A stretch of DNA of 64,000 nucleotides from an uncultured delta proteobacterium (GCA_963806225.1 CAWDXG010000004.1:512001-576000), one strand, 5' to 3'; shown: positions 22,655-33,157, numbered from the stretch's first letter. A program made the numbers and translations. The notes: generated by a model not told the origin, from the letters alone.

Positions 22655-23227
22655 TCACACCAGCGTGTTGAACAGTTCCGCGCGCGGATCGGGGATGACG
22701 ATCTTGTCGACCAGCAATCCTCGCGCCTCGATGACCTCCGCGCCCGCTTCCAGCGACTCGCGCACGTCGTCGACGCTGCCCGTGAACGCCAGGTACGCCT
22801 TGCCGCCGAGCGCCATGGCCAGCCGGCACTGCACCACTTCGACCAGCGCGCGCTTGGCAACGTGGTCGAGCGCATCCACCAGACAGGCAACCGAGTAGCA
22901 TTCCAGGATGCCGAGGGCGCCCTTCCGCGACAGCTCGTTCGCGCTCGACAGGGCGGGATACACGTCCGGGTGGACGTTGCTGATGAGCACGTGGTCGATG
23001 GCCGTTTCCCGAGCCACATCCATGCCCGCTGCCAGGCTCGCTTCAACCTCGTGCTGCTCGCCGGCCACCAGCACCATGAACTTCCCCGAGCAGATCGAGC
23101 GCGACATGACAAGCTCGACCTCGGCCGCCTTGAGCATGGCGTCGGTGGTGTGCATGCCGCGCGCGATACTCGATAGCTCGATCAAGGCCAGGGCCGGGGG
23201 CTTGGGGCGATAGGTTTCCAAGTGCAT
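22655..23227 (-). CDS. BMC-T shell protein, PduT-like (Cys at the Fe-S ligand position)
   Basis: ALALIELSSIARG...DAMLKAAEV...SICSGKF, then ALGILE...RLAMALGGK..L.FTGSVDDV. Confidence 0.88.
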   Translation of the reverse strand: MHLETYRPKPPALALIELSSIARGMHTTDAMLKAAEVELVMSRSICSGKFMVLVAGEQHEVEASLAAGMDVARETAIDHVLISNVHPDVYPALSSANELSRKGALGILECYSVACLVDALDHVAKRALVEVVQCRLAMALGGKAYLAFTGSVDDVRESLEAGAEVIEARGLLVDKIVIPDPRAELFNTLV

Positions 23228-23230
23228 CGC

Positions 23231-24544
23231 TCACCTCTGGATGTGGACGCGCCCGTCGACCTTGCTGACGCGGCCGCTGATGCTGGCGTGCACGTGAGCG
23301 CCGAGCTTGCCGTCGGGCACCGTGGCGATGCGCTGCCCCGCTTCCACCCGGTCGCCCACCGCCACCACCGGCTCCGCGGGCGCGCCGATGTGCTGCGAGA
23401 GCGGGATCTCCACGTGCTCCGGCTGCAGCTGCACGTCCTTCATCGGCGCCGGGCGGTCGTATTCGACCAGTCCCAGCCGCTGGATCAAGCGGCTGATGGG
23501 CACGCGCCGCGAGTCGCGGATCGGGTGCGCCACGCCTTTGGACGGCAGCGGCTTCGGCCGCGGATCCCGCTCGCGCCACACCTGCTTGGAGCGCACGCAC
23601 ATCTCCATGACCGGCAGATCCTCGGGGCACGCGTACAGCGAGCACAGGTTGCACTCGCAGCACGCCAGGCCCAGCCTCGCCCAGCCCGCCTCGGCCTCGC
23701 CGGCAAAGCCCACCGAGCGCATCACCTTGTGCGGCTCGATGGCGTAGCCCAGGAGGAACCGCGGGCAGAAATCGGTGCAGTACGAGCACTGGTCGCAGGC
23801 GCTCTTGGCGATCATCAGGTTGGAGCGCGCCGGGCGCTCGCGGCGACGCACCAGATTGTGCGAACGCGGCAGCACGATGTAGCCGCCCGTGGTCTTGGTG
23901 ACGCGCGAGTCGAGGCCGACGAGCTTGCCCATCATGGCGCCGCCATCCAGGATCACCGGGTCGTCCACCGTGGCGCCGCCGGCCAGCGCGATCACCTCGG
24001 CTGCCGTCACGCCCACCGGCACCGTCACGCTGCACGGCGCCGCGACGGCGCCGGTCACCGTCAGGCTCGAGTGGGTCACGGGGATGCCCTCGGCTGCGCG
24101 GGCAACGTTGATCAGCGTTTCCACGTTGTTGACCGCGCACCCCACGTGCAGCGGGAGGCCGTCGTAGGGGATCAGCCGCCCGGTCACGTCGTACACGATG
24201 ACGTATTCGTCGCCGGCCGGGTAGAAGCTGCCGAACAGCGCCAGCTCGATGTCGCTGCCGATGTAGCGCCCGAGCGCCTCGATGGCGCGCTTGTACTTCT
24301 CCTTGATGGCAATCACGCCGCGCTGGGCGCCGCTGGCCTCCATCGCCAGCCGCATGCCCCGCACCATGGTCTCGGCCTCGAGCCGGATCAGCTCCTGGTC
24401 CTTGTACAGGAGCGGCTCGCACTCGGCGGCGTTGCAGATGTAGGTGTCGACCTCGGCGCCCAGCTTCACGTGGGTGGGAAACCCAGCACCACCAGCGCCG
24501 ACCACGCCGGCATCCTGCACCTGCTTTACGACCGGGTGAGCCAC
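23231..24544 (-). CDS. pduS: PduS/RnfC-family Fe-S flavoprotein (BMC-associated oxidoreductase)
   Basis: AGVVGAGGAGFPTHVK, NAAECEPLL, YPAGDE, CDQCSYCTDFCPR, CCECNLCSLYACP and PLSQHIGAP. Start (GTG 24544) is uncertain. Confidence 0.88.
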   Translation of the reverse strand: MAHPVVKQVQDAGVVGAGGAGFPTHVKLGAEVDTYICNAAECEPLLYKDQELIRLEAETMVRGMRLAMEASGAQRGVIAIKEKYKRAIEALGRYIGSDIELALFGSFYPAGDEYVIVYDVTGRLIPYDGLPLHVGCAVNNVETLINVARAAEGIPVTHSSLTVTGAVAAPCSVTVPVGVTAAEVIALAGGATVDDPVILDGGAMMGKLVGLDSRVTKTTGGYIVLPRSHNLVRRRERPARSNLMIAKSACDQCSYCTDFCPRFLLGYAIEPHKVMRSVGFAGEAEAGWARLGLACCECNLCSLYACPEDLPVMEMCVRSKQVWRERDPRPKPLPSKGVAHPIRDSRRVPISRLIQRLGLVEYDRPAPMKDVQLQPEHVEIPLSQHIGAPAEPVVAVGDRVEAGQRIATVPDGKLGAHVHASISGRVSKVDGRVHIQR

Positions 24545-24642
24545 GGGGGCGCGCAGTAGAGCATAGCCGACAGCGCTTCTCCAGCCGGCTCCGGGTCGAC
24601 CGCGGCGGGAACTGGGCCAGAGTCGCCTGTCTTCGATATGGG

Positions 24643-25134
24643 ATGAGCATGGCCCCACGGCACGATCTCGATCCCCGGCTCGGCTCTTTCGATGACTACT
24701 TCCGGGCCTACCTGGCCGAGCGCCAGAACCCCTGGACGCGGCGCGCACAGCTCGCGACAACCAGCCTGGGCGTAGGCCTGGTGGCCACCTCCTTCGTCGG
24801 CGCCGCCGCGGCTTCGCTCGCGCCCGCCTGGCTCGGCCAGCGCCTGTTCGAGCGCAATCGCCCGCGCGGCGTCAAGAACCTCGCCTGGCGCCTGCGCGCC
24901 GATCTGCTGCTCTGGACCGAGGCGCTGCACAAGTTCCTCGGCGGCAGCGACCTCCGCTCGCTGCGAGTCGTCGAGAGCGTGGCGTCGCGGGTTGTCGAAG
25001 CCTGGCCCGAGCCGGTTCCGGAGGGCGATGGGTTCGAGGTCGGGGCTTCAACGGAGCCCGATACGTCGCCGCGCGCCGCAGTACCGCCCCCGCCGAGCCC
25101 AGCCGCGTCGCGTGACTGGGCGGTCTGGCAGTAG
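24643..25134 (+). CDS. Hypothetical membrane protein (DUF962/Mpo1-like)
   Basis: SFDDYFRAYLAERQNPWTRR...AWLGQRLFERNRP...WRLRADL pattern. Confidence 0.55.
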   Translation: MSMAPRHDLDPRLGSFDDYFRAYLAERQNPWTRRAQLATTSLGVGLVATSFVGAAAASLAPAWLGQRLFERNRPRGVKNLAWRLRADLLLWTEALHKFLGGSDLRSLRVVESVASRVVEAWPEPVPEGDGFEVGASTEPDTSPRAAVPPPPSPAASRDWAVWQ

Positions 25135-25513
25135 CAACCGGGGCGTCGGAGCGCCGCGTAGGACGACCGGACCCGGTCCGGGCGGGCACCCGAAGCACCC
25201 GTTCCGGACCCCCGGAACCCAGCCATCTCGAGCCACCCGACCCACAACAACTGACCGGCCCGGGGTCGAATCTGGTAGCATGGATCGGCCGACAAGCCGG
25301 TGGTTCCGACGGAGTCTGGGGTCGGTCGAGGGAGGCACGGCCCGGAGGCCAGCTACATCTGGCGATCGACGCCAGGGATGATAAAAAAGAACACCCCGAC
25401 CCGGGCGTCTTGGATCGAAATGTGAACGTAGACGTATCTCTTGGTAATATATAGGGAAAGGGTAACCCCCATTGGCCCCGCCCGACAGCGCGGGGTGCGT
25501 CGAAAGGTCAAAC

Positions 25514-27103
25514 GTGAAGATTTCCTGCCCTGCGTGTGCGGCCAAGTACTCGATCGCTGACGAGAAGGTTCAGGATCGCCTCGCCAAGATCCGCTGCCGC
25601 AAGTGCGGCACGACGATCGTGATCGACGGCAAGGCCAACCCGGTCAACGTCTACGCTGCCGACGGCAGCGCGCCGGCCGCTTCCGGAGCTCAACAGGAAA
25701 GTGCGCCTGCCGCCGCTGCCGCGCCCGGAGCCGGAGCCGGAGGCGAGTACTCGGTCGATTTCGGCGACAACGACCAGCGCACGATGCCGCTCGCCCAGCT
25801 CGTCGAAGCCTACAACGCCGGACAGGTCACGGCGGAGACGTTCGTCTGGGCCGACGGAATGGCCGACTGGCAGCCGCTGGGCGAGGTCGCGGAAATCGTG
25901 GACGCGCTGCACGCCGCAGCGAGCGCGCCTGGCGCCGCCGACGCCGCTGCCGGCTTCGACGCGGGCGCCGCCGCCGCTGCCGGCTTCGACGCAGGCGCCG
26001 CCGCTCCCGGCTTCGACGCAGGCGCCGCCGCTCCCGGCTTCGACGCAGGCGCCGCCGCTCCCGGCTTCGACGCGGGCGCCGCCGCCCCCGGCTTCGACGC
26101 GGGCGCCGCCGCCGCACCCGGATTCGATGCCGGCGCCGCGCCGGGCTTCGACGCGGGTGCCGCTGCCACCCCCGGTTTCGACCCTGGCGCCACCGACGCG
26201 GCCGGCCTAGGTGCCGGCGCTGCCGCAGGTGCGGCTTCCCCATGGGAAACCGAGCAGGCCCACGCGCGCGCCGCTGCTCGACCCGGAGGCGGACGCGGCT
26301 CCACTGCCGATCTGTTCGGCAGCTTCGACACGGCGGGGAGCGAGGAGGACGTGACCACGAGTGCTCCCCAGGGCGAGCCCTCGGCGCCGGCTCCCGCAGC
26401 AGCTACCGGCGCCCGCAACGAGTCGTCCGTGCTCTTCTCGCTCAGCGCACTGACCGCGTCGGGCCCAACCGCCAGCAAGCCGGATGCCACCACGGCCACC
26501 CGTGAGGACTCGGGGCTTATCGACCTCAAGGCCCTGACTGCCAGCTCGAAGGCCGACGAGAACCCCGCGGATGCGGACGGCGGATTCGGCGCGCCGCTGA
26601 TGGCCGCCCCGCTCGGCATCGCGGCGCCGTTGGGCGGCGGAGTCGAGGCGCAGATCGCTGCGCCCGGTGCAGACGGCGGTGGCAAGAGCAAGACAGGGCT
26701 GTTCGTCGGCGGCGCCATCGTGGTCGCTGCGCTGGTGATCGCGGGCGCGGTCATCGCGACCTCTTCTGGCAAGCAGCCTGCCGCACCCACACCCAGCGCC
26801 ACGCAGCCGGTCGCCACGGCAGCTCCCACGCCCAGCGCGACACAGGCCGCGCCTGCCGATTCGCTCGCTGCCAAGCCGCCCGCCACCGGCACCTCCGAGA
26901 CGGCCGAAAACGCGCCTGACGGCGGTGCAGCCAAGAAGCCCGTCGCCGTGCACCACTACGGGGGACGCGCAACGCACGCCACGCCCCACTCCGGCGGTGC
27001 GGTGTCGAATCCCAAGCCGAAGCCGAAGCCGAAGGCACATCACTCCGCGTGCGGCTGCGCTCCGGGCGACCTGGAGTGCGCCATGCGCTGCGCCGCCAAG
27101 TAG
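25514..27103 (+). CDS. MJ0042-type zinc-ribbon / GYF-2 domain membrane protein (GltJ/AgmX-like N-terminus)
   Basis: GTG start KISCPACAAKYSIADEK...KIRCRKC, VWADGMADWQPLGEV, a TM helix and a Cys-rich C-terminus. Confidence 0.82.
   Translation: MKISCPACAAKYSIADEKVQDRLAKIRCRKCGTTIVIDGKANPVNVYAADGSAPAASGAQQESAPAAAAAPGAGAGGEYSVDFGDNDQRTMPLAQLVEAYNAGQVTAETFVWADGMADWQPLGEVAEIVDALHAAASAPGAADAAAGFDAGAAAAAGFDAGAAAPGFDAGAAAPGFDAGAAAPGFDAGAAAPGFDAGAAAAPGFDAGAAPGFDAGAAATPGFDPGATDAAGLGAGAAAGAASPWETEQAHARAAARPGGGRGSTADLFGSFDTAGSEEDVTTSAPQGEPSAPAPAAATGARNESSVLFSLSALTASGPTASKPDATTATREDSGLIDLKALTASSKADENPADADGGFGAPLMAAPLGIAAPLGGGVEAQIAAPGADGGGKSKTGLFVGGAIVVAALVIAGAVIATSSGKQPAAPTPSATQPVATAAPTPSATQAAPADSLAAKPPATGTSETAENAPDGGAAKKPVAVHHYGGRATHATPHSGGAVSNPKPKPKPKAHHSACGCAPGDLECAMRCAAK
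25950..26195 (+). repeat. Intragenic 24-30 bp repeat encoding GFDAGAAA(P), about 9 copies
   Basis: CCGGCTTCGACGC(A/G)GGCGCCGCCGC units seen directly. Confidence 0.9.
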
Positions 27104-27167
27104 CGCCACCGCGACGGACTCGACTGCAACGAGGCCCGCCGATCGCGGGCTTCGCGGGCGGGCTGTC

Positions 27168-29630
27168 TCAGCGCGCCAACGGCGCCGGTACAGCCAGGGA
27201 AACGTAGCCGCGCGGTGCGTCGAGCTCGAACACCTCGCCGCGGCGATCGGTAAGCCCCAGCCGCATCAATCCGTCGGCGCGCAGCAGTGCGAACGGCGCC
27301 CTCGGAGCCGGCTCCGCGGAGCCCATCGGCACCACGTAGACGCTGACGGGTTCGCTTCCCGCAGGGGGCAGCTTGGGCGGGTCGGAACAGGTCGCTGCGA
27401 CCCGGCCGTCCTTGTCCTCCTGCCCGCAGCGCGCGAGCGCCCGCTGGTCGAGCGTCGGCTTCGAGGACTTCACCGAGGCGATCAGCTCGGCTGCCGCGGA
27501 ACGCGCCACCGGCGAGGGGTCATCGAGCAGGAGCCTGCGGGCGCGGGACCCGTTCTGGCAGCGTCGCCCGGCGACCCGGAGGCCAGCCAGAGCGTTGGCC
27601 CGCACGTAGCTGCGCGTGTCGTCCAGCGCCTTGCACAGAGCAGGGAGCGGATTGTGTGTCCGCGCCGCAACGCGTCCCAGAGCCGCTGCAGCGTCCCCTG
27701 CGACCGCCACGTCGCGGTCCGCCAGCGCGTGCGTCAGAGCGGCCACGTCCGCTCTGGTTCCCACCGCTCCGAGCGCCCACACCGCGTTCGCGCGGACCGA
27801 CCCGTCGACATCTACGGCCAACTGCCGCAGCGTGTTCGCGGCTTCGGGATGCGAGGCCAGGGCCTCGGCCAGCTTGACGCGGTCGGCAACGGCCGTGGCC
27901 TTCTTCGCGAGCGCCGCCAGCCGCTGCGAGCCGCGCGCGCCGGGTATCCGCCCCAACGCCTCGATCATCGCGTCCCGCTCGCCGCCGCGGCTCGAGCGCA
28001 TGAACCGCTCCGCGCGCTCGCCGTCGTGCGGATCCTTCGATCGAGCCAGAGCGCCGGCGAGCGCGATGGCGATGGCGCGACGGTCCTGCGCGGCGGAGCG
28101 CTCCAGCCGATCCAGCAGCACGCGCGCGGACGCTCCCGATGCGGACCGTTGGAGCGCAACGGCTGCCGCCAGCCGGATCCCCGCGTCGTCCGCATCCAGA
28201 GCGTCGAGCAACGGTGCGTCCTGACCTGCCGGACCCAGCATGCCCAACGCCTGGATCGCCGCAACGCGGAGCTCGTCGTCGTCGGCGTCCTTGGCGATCG
28301 GAGCCAACACCTTCACGGCGCGCGGCGAACCGGTGCGCCCGAGTAGCCGTGCCAGCGCGGCGCGCTCCGTCTTGCTCGAACGCGCGGCATCGAGAGCCCG
28401 CGCGATAGGTTCCACGGCGCGTCCGTCCGGTTTGTGCGGATCGAGTAGGGCCGCCGTCGCATCGATGGCGGCGCGGCGCACGAGGGGATCCACATCGCCG
28501 AGGTGCTCCAGCACCGTCGGCAGGCTTGCAGGATCTGCGAGCGCGGCCAGCGCGCCGAGTGCCGCCCGCGGCCGCACCACGCCACGCCTGAGCGCGCTCT
28601 CGATGGCGGGGACCGCGCGGCGAGAGCCGATCTGGCCGAGCGCCAGTGCACAGCCGTCGGCGAGCCGGGGTGACGGCTGGCCGACGAGGCATTCCAGAAG
28701 ACGCGGCACGGCGCGGGCCCCCACCTCGGCCAACGCCGAGCGGACCGGCGACGTGCTGCTGGCCGGATCGTCGGAGCCCAGTGCCGCGACCAGGGCCTCC
28801 AGCCCCTCGGGCGACGGGATGTGCGCCAGAGCACCCAGAGCGGCAGCCCGCACTGTCTGCCGCGGGTCGTCATGCAGAAGCGAGACAATCGCGAGCGTCG
28901 CCTGCTTGTCGTGCAGGCGCCCGAGCGCCACCAGCGCCGCGATGCGCACGGACTCGTCATTGTCGCGAAGTGCCAACACCAGTGCGCTCGAAGCACGCGG
29001 ATCGCCGAGCTCGCCCAGCGCGCGCGCGACGCTCTTGCGCACCACCGCTCGCGAGTCCTGGATCTTGCCGATCAGCGGCACCACAGCCTGGCGATCGCCC
29101 AGCCTGGCGAGCGCACGGATCACGGCGCGGCGCACGTGCGGCGTGGTGTCATCCAGGTGCCCGAGCAGCGGCATCACGGCGTCCTTCGAGCCGGATGCTC
29201 CCAACGCGCGCGCGGCCGCCTCGCGCACACCTGGGTCGGGATCCCCGAGCACGCGCCCCAGCGGTGCGACCGCGCGTGGGGTCGGGCTCAGCGCGAGCGC
29301 CTGCGCCGCTGCCAGCCGGACACGCCGCTCCGGATCGTTCAGCCAGGACACGACGCGCCGACCGACTCCCGGAAGTCGCAGCTGCATGGCGACTTCCGCA
29401 GCCGACAGCCGTACCTCGGCGTCCGGATCGTCGAGCGCCGGCGGAACCAGCTTCCTGGCGACCGCTGCCGGAAGCTCGGCCAACCGCGCCGCCGCCTGCC
29501 GCCGCACCCCCACGTCGTGGGACCCCAGCTGCTTTTCGACCCGCTCGATGGTGTTGGGCCACACGAAGGCCGCCGCGGGCGCCGCGACCAGCAGTGCCGA
29601 AGCAAGAAGCGGGATGCCCAGGCGTCGCAC
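27168..29630 (-). CDS. Exported HEAT/PBS-lyase repeat protein
   Basis: Signal peptide followed by many L.D.D..VR.AAA.ALG repeats. Confidence 0.85.
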   Translation of the reverse strand: MRRLGIPLLASALLVAAPAAAFVWPNTIERVEKQLGSHDVGVRRQAAARLAELPAAVARKLVPPALDDPDAEVRLSAAEVAMQLRLPGVGRRVVSWLNDPERRVRLAAAQALALSPTPRAVAPLGRVLGDPDPGVREAAARALGASGSKDAVMPLLGHLDDTTPHVRRAVIRALARLGDRQAVVPLIGKIQDSRAVVRKSVARALGELGDPRASSALVLALRDNDESVRIAALVALGRLHDKQATLAIVSLLHDDPRQTVRAAALGALAHIPSPEGLEALVAALGSDDPASSTSPVRSALAEVGARAVPRLLECLVGQPSPRLADGCALALGQIGSRRAVPAIESALRRGVVRPRAALGALAALADPASLPTVLEHLGDVDPLVRRAAIDATAALLDPHKPDGRAVEPIARALDAARSSKTERAALARLLGRTGSPRAVKVLAPIAKDADDDELRVAAIQALGMLGPAGQDAPLLDALDADDAGIRLAAAVALQRSASGASARVLLDRLERSAAQDRRAIAIALAGALARSKDPHDGERAERFMRSSRGGERDAMIEALGRIPGARGSQRLAALAKKATAVADRVKLAEALASHPEAANTLRQLAVDVDGSVRANAVWALGAVGTRADVAALTHALADRDVAVAGDAAAALGRVAARTHNPLPALCKALDDTRSYVRANALAGLRVAGRRCQNGSRARRLLLDDPSPVARSAAAELIASVKSSKPTLDQRALARCGQEDKDGRVAATCSDPPKLPPAGSEPVSVYVVPMGSAEPAPRAPFALLRADGLMRLGLTDRRGEVFELDAPRGYVSLAVPAPLAR

Positions 29631-29679
29631 GCCCCGAAGCTAGCAGATCCTGATGCGTCCCGCCGCGGACCGCGGCGCC

Positions 29680-30687
29680 TCAGGCCGCGAGCGGCAGCTG
29701 CAAGCGGCCTGGCTCGATCCCCATCTCTTCGAACGCCTGCTGCGACGCGCGGCGCTGCAGCGGCCGGAGATACCCGTAGAAAAGCAGGTTCTGCAGGACC
29801 AGGCGCGCCAGGACGTAGTACTCGAGCACGTCGAAGCCGATCGCCACCGCCAGCCCGAACACGAGGGACCCGAATCCGAAGCAGCTCTTCCACACGCGCA
29901 TCGCGGCCGTGGCCCGACGCCGGTAGATGGCGGCGTACCGCCTGTCGTACGCGGGCGTCCTGTCGATGCTCCAGAACGTGTGCGGATCGAAAGCGCGTAC
30001 GACCTTCTCCTGGCTCGCCAGGTAGAAGAGGTAGATCGGCCAGGCGATCCTGGCACCCAGCGAGTCGCGGTTCTGCCCGGCTTCGTAGCGGCGCTTCGCG
30101 CTTTCCAGATCCTCACCGTCGCGGCAGCCCGGAACCGTGAAGCGCAGGAACACGTTCTTGAAGTGGTCGTACATGCTGGTGTGGAACGAGCCGGTGACCG
30201 CGGTGGCCACGCCGAGTGCCACGAGCACCGCCGCCAGCCAGGGCGCCTGCTGGTACTTGCAGGCCATCCAGTAGATGCCGCCCCCGACGGCACAGGTGAC
30301 CACGACGAAATCGGCCACGCCGTCCAACATCCGCCCGAGCGCGGACGACGTGCCGCGCAGCCGCGCCAGCTGCCCGTCCGCACAGTCGAACACCGCCGAC
30401 AGGAAGATCGCCAGCCCCGCCACCTGCAGGTGCCAGGGATACGCCCACAGTAGCGAGCCCCCCGCGACCAGGCCGAACACGATCGACATCATGGTGACCA
30501 TGTTCGGCGTGACGGCCGTCGGGTACAGCGCGCGCGTCAGGAGATACGCTAGCGGGCGGTGGACGTAGAGATCGATCGGCTCTTCAACGTCCAGCGACTT
30601 GAGCGAGCGCAAGTATCCGCCCCAGAACCCTGGCAAGCGTTCGCCGCGCAGATCGCCCGGCTCCGCTGCGGACGAGGGCATGGCCAT
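29680..30687 (-). CDS. CDP-alcohol phosphotransferase family protein
   Basis: TPNMVT and the signature DCADGQLAR...SALGRMLDGVAD, with several TM segments. Confidence 0.9.
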   Translation of the reverse strand: MAMPSSAAEPGDLRGERLPGFWGGYLRSLKSLDVEEPIDLYVHRPLAYLLTRALYPTAVTPNMVTMMSIVFGLVAGGSLLWAYPWHLQVAGLAIFLSAVFDCADGQLARLRGTSSALGRMLDGVADFVVVTCAVGGGIYWMACKYQQAPWLAAVLVALGVATAVTGSFHTSMYDHFKNVFLRFTVPGCRDGEDLESAKRRYEAGQNRDSLGARIAWPIYLFYLASQEKVVRAFDPHTFWSIDRTPAYDRRYAAIYRRRATAAMRVWKSCFGFGSLVFGLAVAIGFDVLEYYVLARLVLQNLLFYGYLRPLQRRASQQAFEEMGIEPGRLQLPLAA

Positions 30688-30712
30688 CGCGTACCTCCTG
30701 GGCTGTGCGACG

Positions 30713-32635
30713 CTACTCGGCGTCGCCGCTTGCTACCGCATAGCGTGGAGCCGGCGCGTGGCGCGGGACAAGCCGCGCCAGCGCGCGCTCGAATGCCGAA
30801 ACGCAGCGCTCGTTCTGCTCCGCGGTGCCGACCGTAATGCGGACGTAGCTCTTGGTCGCGTGGTGGACGGCCAGCGAACGGATCAGCACGCCTTCGTCGA
30901 GCACGGCTGCCACGAACTGGTCCGCGGTGAGCCGGGTCGCGGAGATATCCACCAGGATGAAGTTGCCCTCGCTGGGCAGCGCGACCATGCCCGCGATGCG
31001 CGAAAGCCGCGCAGCCAGAAGCTCGCGGGCGCGCCGGAGCTCCCCCATGCGCGCCTCGAACTCCGCGATGTCGTCGAGCGCCGCGCTCGCCGCCGCCAGG
31101 CTGACCGCGGGGATGTTCCAGGGCACTTTCACGCGGCCCAGCAGACGGATGGCGGCGACATGACCGAGCGCGTAGCCGATCCGCATGCCCGCCAGGCCGT
31201 GGGCCTTCGAGAACGTGCGCAGCAGGATCGCGTTGGGGAACTCGTTGATCAGGTGCGACAGCGACTCCCCCGCCCCGAACTCGTAGTAGGCCTCGTCGAT
31301 CACTGTCGGCAGGCCGAGCCTGAGCATCCTGCGCAGATCCCGCTCCGCGACGCGGTTGCCGGTCGGGTTGTTCGGCGTGCACAGGAAGATGACCTTGGTG
31401 CGCTCCGTGACGGACCGGATGAGCTGCGGCAGGTCGTGCTCGTGCTCTTCCGTCATCGGTACCAGGACCGGGATCCCGCCCACCGTGCGGGTCCGCGCCT
31501 CGTACATGCTGAACGTCGGCACACTCAGCAGCACTTCCTCGCCCGGACCGACGAACGTGCGGATGATCACGTCGATGAGCTCGGCCGAGCCGGCCCCGAG
31601 CAACACGTTCTCGGTATCCACGCTGTCGCGAGCCCCGAGCTTCCGGCGCAGCTCGCGCGCACCGCCCGGATACAGATTGCCGCGGCTTGCCGCCTCCATG
31701 ATCGCGTTGAGCACACGCGGGCTCGGCGCATACGGGCTCTCGTTCGACATCAACCGCACCAGCTCGCTCTTCTGGTCGGCGATAGCGAAGTGGTCCTCGT
31801 TGTACGGCTTGGCCGCGCGTACCCACGTCGGCGCAAACATCTCGATCGCCTCGGGATCGATGACCGGCGGCGCGCCCGCCCCCGGCTCGTCGCCGAGGCT
31901 GTCGCCGAACACGCGGATCATCGCCTCGGCACGCTCGAGCGCGGCGGGGGTGTCCACGTCGATCCAGCGCACGTCGCCCACGTCGTAGACGAAGAAGCGA
32001 CCGCGCGCGCTGAGCGCCTGCACGCCTTCGCTCAGCGAGCAGTCCCCATTGCGCGCGTCGAGCTCGGCCAGCTCGCGCACCAGCGCCGGACCGATGCGGA
32101 ACACGCCGGTGTCGATCGCATCGTAGGTCTCGAGCTCCTTGGCGATGTCCACGATGCGATTGCCCGACACGCGCACCTTGGTCGCGTCGTCGATATCGAA
32201 GCAGCGCTCCGGGTCGTAGTCGACGCCGAGCGCGCACGCGCCGTCGGGCATGTCGGCCGACAGCAGCCGGCGCACCAGCTCCGGCGAATACAGGTGATCC
32301 GACATCGTCAGCAGGCACTCCTGATCGATGAAGTCGGCGGCGGCGAGCAGCGAGACGCCGTTCTTCGCCGTGTAGCGGGGATTGTCGACGAAGCGCAGCT
32401 CGAGGCCGAGGCTCGGCTCCGCCACCAGCGCGCGGCGGACGCGGTCACCCTCGTAGCCGGTGACGATGACCGCCTCGCGGATACCGACAGACTGAAGTGT
32501 GCGGAGGACCCGCACCAGGAGCGGAACATTCGCGACAGGTCGGAGCGGCTTCGGCGTGGGATCCCCCGCCTCTCCGAGACGCGAGCCGGTTCCCGCCGCC
32601 AGCACGATCGCCCGTGTCACTCGTCGTTCAATCAT
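30713..32635 (-). CDS. Fusion of a cytidylyltransferase (IPCT/LicC-like) and a class I/II PLP enzyme (HisC/CobD-like)
   Basis: AIVLAAGTGSRL..PKPL, NGVSLL, MSDHLY, DDATKV, IDTGVF and WIDVDTP, then SNESPY, CTPNNPTG, DEAYYEF and LRTFSKAHGLAGMRIGY. Confidence 0.88.
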   Translation of the reverse strand: MIERRVTRAIVLAAGTGSRLGEAGDPTPKPLRPVANVPLLVRVLRTLQSVGIREAVIVTGYEGDRVRRALVAEPSLGLELRFVDNPRYTAKNGVSLLAAADFIDQECLLTMSDHLYSPELVRRLLSADMPDGACALGVDYDPERCFDIDDATKVRVSGNRIVDIAKELETYDAIDTGVFRIGPALVRELAELDARNGDCSLSEGVQALSARGRFFVYDVGDVRWIDVDTPAALERAEAMIRVFGDSLGDEPGAGAPPVIDPEAIEMFAPTWVRAAKPYNEDHFAIADQKSELVRLMSNESPYAPSPRVLNAIMEAASRGNLYPGGARELRRKLGARDSVDTENVLLGAGSAELIDVIIRTFVGPGEEVLLSVPTFSMYEARTRTVGGIPVLVPMTEEHEHDLPQLIRSVTERTKVIFLCTPNNPTGNRVAERDLRRMLRLGLPTVIDEAYYEFGAGESLSHLINEFPNAILLRTFSKAHGLAGMRIGYALGHVAAIRLLGRVKVPWNIPAVSLAAASAALDDIAEFEARMGELRRARELLAARLSRIAGMVALPSEGNFILVDISATRLTADQFVAAVLDEGVLIRSLAVHHATKSYVRITVGTAEQNERCVSAFERALARLVPRHAPAPRYAVASGDAE

Positions 32636-33157
32636 CCGCCAGTCTCGCTTTCGCCAAGCCGCACCAAGGACGCGCCCGATTACCACGCGTTGCGTAAAAC
32701 GGCCAAACCCTTTTCGTCTCGCTGGGTTACGTCGGTCTCGCCTGTCGTAGGCAGACCACACTGTTGCAATCGAGCAACACTCCCCGGTCGGTGAGCGGTG
32801 CCTGGATCGCCTTGCGTGGCGCGACCGAAATCGATTACGTCACGCCGAGTTACGTGTTCCCAAGCAGGTTCTTCCCGGTAGCTCTCCTGTTCCGGTAACT
32901 ACCCATCAGCAATCCTGGTGCCAGCGCCGTGGTGCGTCATTCGCTACGCACCCGGGAGCCGGGTCGTGAACGGACGGATACCCCGCCGCGCGCGCCGGGT
33001 CGCAGGGAACAGCCCCGACCCGTCGTTCCGGAACGCCCGGTACGCGGACTACGCGGCTCGGCGCGGGCGCGAAACGAGCCGCCCACCGGGGGTGATGCCC
33101 GGATACACCGTGACACGATGATCGTGCCGTGAAGTCACACTGGCGGTCGCGGGCGGC

